Source: Balanoglossus misakiensis
Lineage: Eukaryota; Animalia; Hemichordata
Length of the DNA: 64,000 nt
Direction: 5' to 3'
NCBI GenBank assembly: GCA_040954595.2
Contig: CM082590.2
Span: forward strand, 5,394,001-5,458,000
Shown here: in pieces, positions 53,792-64,000 of the stretch
How positions within the stretch are numbered: position 1 is the stretch's first letter
Layout: every line of letters begins with the position of its first letter
Position numbers and translations under genes: made by a program
Notes under the pieces: generated by a model
Told to the model about the DNA's origin: nothing
Databases searched by the model: none
Seen by the model: only the letters and a program-made list of their open reading frames with translations

Positions 53792-54130
53792 CTGTTGGGA
53801 CACTTTGTTGGTTGTTTTTTGGCTGACGTAGTCGTACGTTTTTTGGCATCTTCGGCAAGTACGGCCATAACTGGTCACAGGAAGGAGGAGGGAACAGCGA
53901 ACATCCCTGATGATCTGCTTGTAGTTACCAGCCGCAGTTTCACCGTGATTAGTCTCAACAGTAATGGTTTTGGCGAACATGATATGATCATGGCTGCGCT
54001 TGGGAACACCTGTGCAGATATGCACTCTTTGAAGAAAGACATTCATGATTTTTAGACTTTCTGTTGTAGCAGGTATGTGCTGTGGAGATCCATGTTGTTC
54101 CAACGGAACTGTTTTACCATCAACAATCAC
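53792..54130 (-). pseudogene. Upstream Cys-rich exon of the same P-type transposase (5' truncated)
   Basis: Encodes HICTGV...IRDVRCSLLLP...TCRRCQK, a pattern I recall from N-terminal regions of invertebrate P-type transposases. It ends CAG|GTAAGA in phase 0, matching the phase-0 acceptor at 46689. Confidence 0.65.
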
Positions 54131-54262
54131 TAGAGGGCGCTGTCATTTTGGATCCATATCAGAAAATGGCCGCCATGGGTCAATGCATAAGTGTACCAAG
54201 TTTCATGCTTTTAACCCAAAGTGCACAATTATACCAAAATTTGGGGTTTAGCTCCTGCACTA
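54128..54262 (-). mobile_element. Academ-like transposon terminus abutting the transposase exon
   Basis: The minus strand starts TAGTGCAGGAGCTAAA...AATTGTGCACTTTGGGTTAAAAGCATGAAACTTGGTACAC, resembling TAG-starting Academ termini as I recall them. It contains CACTAGAGGGCGC. Confidence 0.5.
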
Positions 54263-54979
54263 TAATATTGATCGCACCTGTGATGACAAATGAATTTACT
54301 CCTCTGCGGTGATAATTCTCCTGTCTAATTTCGGCCAGTAACAAAACTGGATCAGGGAAGCAGACTAAATTTTTTTTTATTCACTATTAAACTTAGATGT
54401 GCACTTTCATTGAGTGTTTTGACTAATTAAGTACAATTGACAGGCTTAAGCTTTTTATAATGATTTTAGAATCTTGCTTGGCATAAGCCTATTTATTATT
54501 CATTCAGTACACAACTTGCACTATCTTTATCCTAAAACTCTGGTAAACAATCATATCATAACTTTGGCAAGTAAACAACTCACCATACACATTTTAGATT
54601 TTATTGTAGACTGAATGAAAGTTTTAATACCCTGATCAGTTTTATCTGCTACAAATACTGATTTTGTGTCTAACGGGGTAATCTGGGGAATCTTTGGGCC
54701 TGACAACGCGTGTTATACTATTCCACTGTCTGAAAGAAAAAATCTGGAAGAAAGGCACATCAGCCTGCCTGCAGATCATGATATTAATCCAATATATTCT
54801 TTACAGCAGCTACAAATAACTAACATGTCATGCACACATTGTCTTGATGGTGTTAACAATGATATTGACAATATCTTATCCCGCTAAACAGATCAGCAAG
54901 TTCTGCAAGTTGGAACCATCAGCAGTCTACCAGGCAACCAATCCACCAGACCTGCTCAGTCAGCAAGTTTCGCCAATGC

Positions 54980-55330
54980 ACACAAATACATCAACATTAG
55001 CATCACACCAAGCACAAGACTGACTTCGGACACATATCGGCTATATCAACTTTTGTCATACCCATGGTTTCCAAGCATTGCCACGTTACATCACAATAAG
55101 TGACGACTATTCAACCTGTTCATGACCCACTTGGCAACAAACAAACATAACTATCGAATGCACTTGACATCAACCACCTGCCTATGTACCCAACGTGCAT
55201 CATAACACAACCCATAGCTTCAGATTGAGTGGAGCGGCCATAACAGTAGCAGAATTATCCTACTGGACTGGTTGATAAAAGCCTTGGGTAGATGGAGAAG
55301 CGACTCCAAGCATACATCAACACCCAAGAC
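54980..55330 (+). pseudogene. Internally deleted tyrosine recombinase remnant (DIRS/Ngaro-type)
   Basis: Fragments HSFRL..GAAIT.A...DWLIKALGRWRSDS..AYI (H-x-x-R, LGRW and Y region) and upstream PSTR..Y...YINFC. Confidence 0.65.
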
Positions 55331-56282
55331 TGTAGTGTATTCTGACCATTCAATACACTTTTATAGCCTAGGGATTTTCTTATTCTAGCCATGTGTAGCA
55401 AACTAGACAGGAACACTTTCTAATCAGAAACTTTTACTTCAGTCATATTACTAGAGACATTTTCTTACATGTTTTGACATTTATCATTGACTCTAACTTT
55501 GGGACTTTATCAGAGTAGATATTGTATTTATTTGGTTTCATCGAGTAGCATGTAGTTCACCTCAAATTGCATGGCACAGACTCTACTTAGATACCACAAT
55601 GTCTTCGCCTAAGGCATGGCGAGTCAAACAACCGACTCCTGTCATGGGGATATCATCTATGACGCATGCTTGTAAGTCGCCGCTGGTTATAAGCTATACT
55701 CCGGTACCACGTGTCTCACGTCATGATGCAATTCAAACAGGTGAATTGCATTATAAGGTTGTTTACTATGACACCTGCTTGATTTTTATCCCACCACTTG
55801 CCTCACATCTCATTTATTAAGCAACAATTGATTTGTTACATTTTCAACCTCCTGAAATTCCAATTTTTTGTCATATTGGTGGTGGTTTTCATTATTTCAA
55901 ATCTACAGTGACTGGTGAATCTTTCCAAATAAAGGTGATGTTAACTGTCAAAGCTTGATTATTCTAATACCCTTTTTATGGATTACAGGCAAAGAAGCAT
56001 TAAACCTATTCTGATGACATTTCACTGGCTCCCAGTAATGTATATGATCAAGTTCAAGATTTTAAAACTGAAAATCAAACAATATCATATATGCCTTACC
56101 TGCTGCGGTACATGTAATATTTAGTATATAGGGCAGACTACTCAACCTTTCCACACAAGAATGAATGGACATCATTCCAATTCTAAACAAATATAAAAGA
56201 CAGATCTGCTGGTGGTGTAGTTGAGTTTCATCTTGTGGCGATCATCAGACAAGTGTAGTTGTCTGGTGATCGCCACTCTGCA

Positions 56283-56410
56283 TGCATACATGGATACATA
56301 CATACAGACACTGCAGACGTAAAGACATACATATGTAAATGCATACATACAGATACATACATACAGACATACATATACATACATAGATACATACATATAC
56401 ATACATACAT
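56283..56410. repeat. Degenerate (TACA)n microsatellite
   Basis: CATA/CAGA tetramer runs. Confidence 0.9.
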
Positions 56411-56454
56411 AGTAGAGTGTGCAAGGGAACTAAGGCTGTTTTGACATAGGCGGT

Positions 56455-56502
56455 GTATTACTGTTCAGTTTCGTGTAAGCGGGGCCTACACTCGTCAGAT
56501 AC
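56455..56502 (-). ncRNA. Minimal type I hammerhead ribozyme (mirror copy)
   Basis: Exact reverse complement of 56520-56567 within the palindrome. Confidence 0.85.
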
Positions 56503-56519
56503 TGATGCCTCAGGCATCA

Positions 56520-56567
56520 GTATCTGACGAGTGTAGGCCCCGCTTACACGAAACTGAACAGTAATAC
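56520..56567 (+). ncRNA. Minimal type I hammerhead ribozyme
   Basis: GTAT-CTGACGA-GTGTAGG/CCCCG/CTTACAC-GAAA-CTG/AA/CAG-TA-ATAC: complete CUGANGA and GAAA core, stems I-III, GUA cleavage triplet. Confidence 0.85.
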
Positions 56568-56678
56568 ACCGCCTATGTCAAAACAGCTTTAGTTCCCTTG
56601 CACACTCTACTATCAAGCTCTGGATTTACACCATCGAGCACTCTGCCAGCAGTACTTGCAACGAACTCCCAAATCGTA

Positions 56679-56679
<1 letters not shown>

Positions 56680-56709
<30 letters not shown>

Positions 56710-56765
56710 CATACATACATACATACATACATACATACATACATACATACATGTACATACATACA
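56680..56765. repeat. (TACA)n microsatellite
   Basis: Near-perfect TACA run. Confidence 0.97.
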
Positions 56766-56941
56766 TCATCATGGGCATGGAACAACACCATGGGCAGCTA
56801 CGATGCCATCAGAGCTTGTCAGTACTTTCCTGCTTCAACAGATCACCAAAAAACATGTTAACTGCTTCAGCCTTTACATGGACGACAGCCTCTGAATCAT
56901 CCAGATTCAGCGTGACAAGTGGAATGTAAAATGAAGAACCG

Positions 56942-57318
56942 TGTAACTGCCAGACACCCATGAACAATCAAATCTCAGCATGGCCTGACCGAGTCAGTCA
57001 TATACTAAGCCATGGTTTCAACACAGGACCTTCAAAACCGGCTTCAACAACCACAAAGACTACTTCAAAAACCACGCCAAAAAGAACAGCACAGAACTTA
57101 GTAAATATATCTGGAAATTAAAGGATGAAAACATAGGACACAAAATCACATGAAAACCCCTAAAACAAGCTAGCCCCTACACACCTATTAGCAATAGATT
57201 CAATCTATGCCTTTGGGAGAAATATTTTATCATAAGCAAAACAAAACAGGCCACCCTCAATAAACTCGTCAGCTAGCACATCGCCACTCCAGCAAATTCC
57301 TCCTAAAGAATTTCATAA
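56942..57318 (+). pseudogene. Penelope-like element GIY-YIG endonuclease C-terminal remnant
   Basis: FKTGFNNHKDYFKNHAKKNSTELSKYIWKLKDE..., [20 protein letters not shown]..., TLNK...H.SKFLL, the typical Penelope endonuclease ending. Confidence 0.85.
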
Positions 57319-58720
57319 CCTACCTGATTAATACTACCCGCCCAAATCCACTCATTATTCACTGCCTTTCAAAATTAGGCCCATTGGCATACCTATAATC
57401 TGTACCTTTTATGAGTGTCTGGATTCGCTCATCAGCAGATTAAACTGGTTACTGAGTCCAATGACTAATGAAACAACATTGTAGACAACCTGTTTCTGTT
57501 TGTATCTCTGATTCCCTACCTACCTATCTATGTCTGTCTGTCAGTCTGCCTGCTTGCCTACCCGTCGTCTGTCTTTGACTCAGGGAGAGTGATTGACAAA
57601 GAGAGGGGAAGGGGGAGGGAGGGAGAAAGAGAGAAAGAGAGCTGTTCTTTGGATATTGCGCCAACAGGAAGATGTACAGATTGACAAACACATATTGTAC
57701 TACTATTATAGTAATAATAATAATAATTATATAATTTATTTACAGAATGACAAGCATGGACAAAAGTACAAATAACTATAAATTGAGATCATAGTAAAAT
57801 GTGAATGGTCCAGAAATTAGTGTATATCCTGAATGAAGGTTTGCCCCTTTATAGTACAGGCTACTTCATGTGCTCATCATTTATGTTGGCATGGGAATTA
57901 TTAAAGACCCTTTTAACTTTTCTATTTTTATTCTTTGTTATCAGCTTTTCTATGGTTTTCCAAAAAAGACCCCTGTTATGCATTGCTGTATTGCAACCAT
58001 GGAGGAATAAAGCATACTGTTGCAAATGCTTTGAAAGTCATGAAAGTCCTGCTTCAATAATGGGATAAAATCATGAGACATTCTGAACATATTTGCAGAC
58101 TGTTTGTGCTCGATTGTGCTGTTTTGGCCTTTGTTTCGCATGTAACTGTGTTGTGCCTGCATAGCCAGTTGAAACAAAAAGGTATGAGTAGTTGCTGACA
58201 GTCTATCCACCATGTTGCAACTGTAAATTAAAGAAAAAATACCAATTTAAGCCAAAGAGGTACCAGTAATTTCTACAAAATGCAGCTAAGAAGTATAATG
58301 AAATGTACATGACTAAATGTACATGTTTTAATTTCAAGCCAAATTGTCCAACAATGATTTTCAGTAAGTTGAGAATTTACTCCAAACCCAATGTGAAATG
58401 TAGTACTTCTTTTGTAGTCATGTTCACCAGCATAAATAAAAAAGAGTGTTGATTAAAGTAACCATGAACATTATAAAAGTAAAACTTAACAAAAGTTATG
58501 AATGTAAACAAACTCGGGACAATGAATGTAAATATCAAGCATTAAACATGAATCAGATGACAAAAAGTGACAAAGTAGGCATCGCGCATGACAAAGTGGC
58601 TCTCGTGTTTACATTCATCGTGGCCATGTTGGTTTGCGTTCATAACTTCTTTTTCTGACGCTGTTTCGTTAAGAAAATGACATTGATATGCCACAAAAAC
58701 AATTGTTGATATAATATAAT

Positions 58721-58862
58721 AGCAATAACCCCTGCCTCAGTCGGGTATACACTCGATTTGGGTACAATTCGCTCGATATAGCACTCGCCTGACGGCTCGC
58801 GCTATATGTCTCGAATTGTACCCAAATCTTGTGTATACCCGCCTGCGACGAAGGTTATTGCT
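58721..58862. repeat. Isolated ~140-bp hairpin of the hairpin-ended element type
   Basis: AGCAATAACC...CGGGTATACAC.CGATTTGGGTACAATTCG / CGAATTGTACCCAAATC.TGTGTATACCCG...GGTTATTGCT, centred on GCCTGACGGC. Confidence 0.8.
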
Positions 58863-60339
58863 TAATTAATTAATGCACAATTTTTCACTTTTATGATGAG
58901 ATCACAAGACCTGGCCAATTGACCTATGCACAATTTTTCCAGAAACATTTAAATATAATCAAAAACATCAGCCAAATAGCAAAAGTTTGTATCTTTGCTA
59001 TACCCCCCCCCCCCCCAAGATTTACCCTTAATGGCAAACTTCACTGCCTTGACCACAGGGACACAGAAGTGCATGGCCAATAATTAACATATGTCACTAC
59101 GGTGTTTTCCTGTTGAAATATGAAAAATAAAATACCTTATTTTATGGAAAGCAAAACACCTTTGTCTTTGTGTTTGTCTTGTGACTACCAGAATGTTTGT
59201 TTGCATTGCCTAATGTGATATGCCCTCAGGTACCAGCCTTTGTGACCTCTGTAATGCAACATGTCCTTGTATGGACATGACACACAAGTACTTTTGTTCT
59301 GTATTGTCCAAAAACACAAGCACCACACACACCTCTATTTGTGGGCTTCTGTTAACAGAAGGATGCAGCAGATTTCCCTGGGAAATAATGTTTCAAATTG
59401 AGAAAATGTGATCTGGTCTTTATTTACCTGGCCTAAAATCAATTTATGATGAATTACAAGTTTGTCAATACTATTTTTAAAATTTTCAACCAAGGGTATG
59501 CAAAAGTTATTAAAACATTATGCTTTTTGCAATTGGAGTGATCCAACAGGTGAAAGCTACACATCAGTGAGACTTATGGGTAACCTCATTTACTGTGCAT
59601 TGATTGGCCGACAAACCCTCATGGTAATTGGCTGATAACAAATGAACAAGTAAAGTCCCTCCCACCAAAAAAACCAGGTCAGTTCTAGTTGCAAATTCTT
59701 TCCCAGGTCTATCTGAGAACAAGCAGGTCATTTCCTTCACAAGGGTACCAAGCAGACATTGCTTTGTTAAGCAAATGAGCATCTTTGTTTCAACGGCAGC
59801 CAACATCCTGTATGTAACTGATTCTCATACAAGTGGTTTGTGGGATACAGGAAGTTCGGAAGAGTATGCAAAACAGTAGGAACTGACAGACTCCCTAGAA
59901 TCACCATCAGATGAAATGTTTTCCCTTCTCAATATGCCTAAAGTTTCTGCCGTTTGCTAGCCATCATGCATGAAAACACCCTGCAAACAAATGTATGTCT
60001 TTACTTGCAATTTTATATTCCTGAGGTTTTAACCTACATTTTCTATGCACACAGGGTACTTCATGAAAGAGTAGATTCTAACAAAAATAAAGCGTTTAGG
60101 AATTTGTTAAATGCCTTTATTTAAATACTCCCAGGTTCTAGCAAAAGTATTAATGTTCCAATCTGTGTTTATTACCAAAGTGGAGAACAAGTTCCCAGAA
60201 ATTAATTATCTGGTGATAATTTCAGGTAATATGCTTTCAGATCATCTTAGCAAAATTAAAATTAATAAATGTATTTCCAAGCAGGAACATTTTTCATCAG
60301 GTGTTCATATTTTCAGGCATAGACAATACTTGTAAGGTT

Positions 60340-60955
60340 TATTATTACACTTCACATATTATGTCGTATTCGTGATTGGCTGAGATGTACTCATGTGACA
60401 TAGAGAAAAAAGTGATGTAACATGGCAAGAGTTGATAAAGCCCTGTTGATATTGCCCGCTTGGTTGTTTTGGTGGTCTGCGCGTGACTTCTGTCGTTCAA
60501 TGGCTTCCTTCACGATCAGTCAACTCTTGCATATATGGCTTCAAAGCGACACATAGGCTTAACACGTGTTCAACTGGACGATATTTTACTGCAAACGGAC
60601 AGTAAATACACCAAAATTGCAACCAACTGCACAGTATCCTCAAAACTATCTGAGATCAAAGTAGGTATATATATCTACAGTTCTTGGGAGATAAAGACAT
60701 TTTAGTTCACTGCAATGTACAATGTTCTTCTATGCTGTATGTTCAAATGTTCGGCGTAATAAAATTAATACCACAAGTTGCTCAGGCATCATCACGATTT
60801 GAACCCTGCCTTAGGGCTGGTTCTCTCTGACCACAATATTGATGATACCCTTGCCTGAGGCTCGGGCATCATCAATATTATGGTCAGAGATCACCTTCCC
60901 TCTTGAAGGCTTCAAATCGTGATGTTGCCCTCGCTATCATGTGTTATTATTTAAT
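60340..60955 (+). mobile_element. Hairpin-ended non-autonomous element (same family as 53303-53771)
   Basis: Starts ATTATTACAC, ends with a long hairpin (~60780-60950) centred on GCCTGAGGC. Confidence 0.85.
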
Positions 60956-63253
60956 TAATAAACCTTATATTTCAAACACGTCACTTGCATTTGTCTTCTA
61001 TCATCAGTCAAACTTTCACACATGGCAGTCAGAATTTGAGGAGAACCCCACAAAAGTAACGATTAAAGAATGATGCAAAAAAAGATTAACACAGATCTTC
61101 ATCACATTTTAATCAGATTGCCTGGATCTCTAACGTATCATGATCTTTTAAAACTTTGATGACCTTTTTTTGTCATGTTAACATTCCTTTTATAATCAAG
61201 AGATGAGCACTTTAGCTCAAACTTTTGAAAAGTCTTTTAATAGTTGGAATAGTTGGGCCACACTTTATGAGCACATATGGTGTCTTGATTTTTTATAAAT
61301 TGACAAGTCAAAATGACAAAAGATAATGCATAAAATGACAGCTGACCAGAGACTTATGGTTGAAATTTCATCTACTTTGTATGAAGAAAAGAAGGAATTC
61401 TTCTGCATGTGTAAGTAAATGATTGTAATTTAAGTATGGGCATGTGTACATGTATGATATGTTACTGAATATCACTTAGAATCAAATATTTTGAGGGGCA
61501 AACTGTGTTGAGCATTTAGACTTGTTTGGGTATGAAATGAGGGGGGGGGGTGGTTATCAGCTTTGGTTGCCAATGAGAAGATTACAGGGACTCTATTGTA
61601 ATTTCCAACTACTTTTTGCTCTAAGTACCAACCACACTATCTGTTCCTCTCTATAGAATCATTGAAAATGTCCAGTTTTCTCATGTCAACAAGTCATGCA
61701 TAAGCGCGACAACCATTGTTATTGTGGACAAATGCATCAAATTCTGTACTTTGGTATACAGAAAAATAGCTAAAACTTACAGATATTACAGTTTTAACTT
61801 GTACCGGTATATGGAACTCATACCACTCTCACTGACATGTGAACAAGTTCTTCCAGATCAGAGCTATTTTGCCACAGAGCCGTCAGTGTCTACACTTCTG
61901 CAATGTGTTTGTTTTCTGAGACATTTTATTATTATAAATTAATTTTAACTGCATTAATACTTCATATTTTTTTATAATAAAAACTACCTGAAGGAAGCAT
62001 TGACATAAATCTGTGTCCCTTTCCATGGAGTAAAGTTGGACTTGAGGGGTCCTACATTTTCAGATGGGGTGTGCAATTTTGATACTTCAGCTTCCTCTTT
62101 GTTTTTAAATTGATACAAATGATATACTTTAAGTTTCCTACATTAGAAAGTTGTCTTCACACATGTACTGGGGTATATATAGTGAAACTACACCAAGCTA
62201 GAAGTCATTTGCTCAAAAATTTTGGCAGAAGAAGGGTGTCCTTGTGTCTGAAGAGCTATTGGTCTTGGGTCTCCATATTGCCTCCAGAAGACTATTTGGC
62301 TAACCAGGTAAGCCTTCAAATGTTGATGATGATAACTTTAGAGTCATGTATAATATGCACACCACAACCAAGTGTTTTATGTTTCTTATAGTTTTGATCA
62401 CTAAACGATTGTTTTTATCAAGCACCATCTATTAGTGATATTTCCAGCTTTGAAATTATTGGAAAATTGCAGGGGGGGGGCACTGATTAAATATCATAAG
62501 ATTAGAGGCACTTGAGCTGCAACTTTTGGGATTATTATGTATTATAAACCCTAAGTATGAGTGCATATGTAAGTTTTAACCAGATAAATAATAAAGCTTT
62601 GCCACAAAGGAATATGGCCGGCCTCTTGGGAAAATGCAAAAAATGTTGCATTCCCAATCATAAAACTTCATTGACAAAGCATAATCTCGTCCACTAGAAC
62701 TCATGGAAGTAAATGCACTCCGCTGAGACATTACATTTTTATTTTGCATTGCATTTTTTAAAATTACAGGAATTTTTGGTATACTTGGAATTTTGATACA
62801 ATATCATTAAATAAACATAATTAAAAGCATTACTGAGATTATTTAAAGATTAATTTTTTTATCCAGTTGCACCTCATGGCATTTTAAGGGAACAAAGTCG
62901 CTATCAATTTCCCAGGCAACATGTCTTATTTTAATAATAAGATGATCGATTGTTGGTTTGCAAAGTATATTCACTTAAAAGTAACATTTTGTCAAAGATT
63001 ATTTTTGTTTTTATTCAAAAGAATGAATATTGTAAGGTAAATAGATAGGAACACAATGACTTACCTGCACCATTCTTTCACACAGTGCGTCGCAATAAGA
63101 ATAGGCTAGTCCCCTGCAAAGAAAGAGTGATAGTTACCTTGTGAATTGTACTACATTTGGTTTTAATGTTGCCAAGTTTGTCTCTTGACCCAGTTGCTAC
63201 TTACATTATTTTTGTGTACTTAATTATGATTCCTTCTTGTTTCAGTGTGAGAA

Positions 63254-64000
63254 ATGCGTGGGAAAAAGCGAAAATTGGATGACAAACATCAAGTCAACAT
63301 TACAGGTAAAGGAAATTCATTGTATAATGGCATGGCATTACTATCAAACCATATATTCCCTAATGATAATTCATGAATATGTTGTAGCAAAACATTTTAA
63401 AAAATAAACTTTTGCAACCATTCTTGTCTCAGCGGCTTACACTAATAATGCTTCAACTGAACAATTCATCAGAATCTAAATTGATTATCGCTAGTTCTTT
63501 TCACTATAAGAAAACAAATTGACCCATTTCAGCTCCCAAAAGAGGGAAGATAAAGCCACAACTTTACTGCAAGTGTCAAAAACCAAATGACAAAAATAAA
63601 CCCATGATTGGTTGTGATGGATGTGATAACTGGTTCCATCCAAGATGTGTAGGAACAACCATGAAAGATGTAAAGAAGATCAAAACATATTTTTGTCCTG
63701 ATTGCACAAAAATGCAAGAAAAACGCACAGAGAAAACCACAAAAATGAGTTGTGAACATCCCAAAACCAATACTTCTGATGAAAAAATTACAAACGATAT
63801 CCCTCAAACAAAAACGGCAGAAAACAAGACAGAAAACAGAGAAAATAGCTGTGAAGCAGTACATCCTAATCCCATGAAATCAGAGCCCTTTGGAAGAAGT
63901 GGTTTTTCTATGATCATCGATTGCCAATTTACCTATGCAGGATGTGATGGAAAAATAAAGGGACTGTTGCAAGGACAGGATAGTACCACATTCACAGATA
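63254..64000 (+). CDS. PHD-finger protein, 5' part (coding exons 63254-63305 and 63533 to beyond 64000)
   Basis: MRGKKRKLDD...NIT|APKRGKIKPQLYCKCQKPNDKNKPMIGCDGCDNWFHPRCVG...YFCPDC. Phase-1 G|GTAAAG donor and TTTCAG acceptor; the frame stays open to the window end. Confidence 0.8.

Larger units (their letters stand above)
56409..56613. repeat. 205-bp near-perfect palindrome (inverted Penelope pLTR-like ends)
   Basis: 102-bp arms around C56511 with one mismatch (TAAGGCTG vs CAGCTTTA). Confidence 0.95.

Noticed and set aside
56172-56895. MYVC/HTYI-repeat ORFs
   Set aside because: These are translations of the TACA microsatellite.
57450-57485. Hammerhead ribozyme after the Penelope fragment (CTGAGTCC...GAAAC)
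   Set aside because: The core does not match CUGANGA and the stems do not pair; at most a dead remnant.
63529-63864. Minus-strand ORFs of 111 and 64 aa
   Set aside because: They are antisense shadows of the plus-strand PHD exon.

Overview
AT-rich, repeat-dense eukaryotic DNA, probably from a marine invertebrate (spliceosomal GT-AG introns, no prokaryotic operons). Bases 1 to ~40.6 kb are a modular, higher-order tandem repeat array carrying several non-autonomous DNA transposon insertions; its short ORFs are not genes. From ~45 to 54 kb there is a decayed composite element. A minus-strand P-element-superfamily (THAP9-like) DDE transposase is split by a predicted ~7.1 kb phase-0 intron (53791..46689). 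That intron holds, on the opposite strand, a seven-exon gene encoding a PIF1-family helicase fused to an acidic linker, a ~320-aa unknown domain and a C-terminal PHD finger. Both genes carry frameshifts or nonsense codons. Further right are a tyrosine-recombinase remnant, a near-perfect 205-bp palindrome with a type I hammerhead ribozyme on each strand, a Penelope GIY-YIG fragment, hairpin-ended repeats, and the start of another PHD-finger gene that runs off the window. All calls were made by eye; none was checked against a database.
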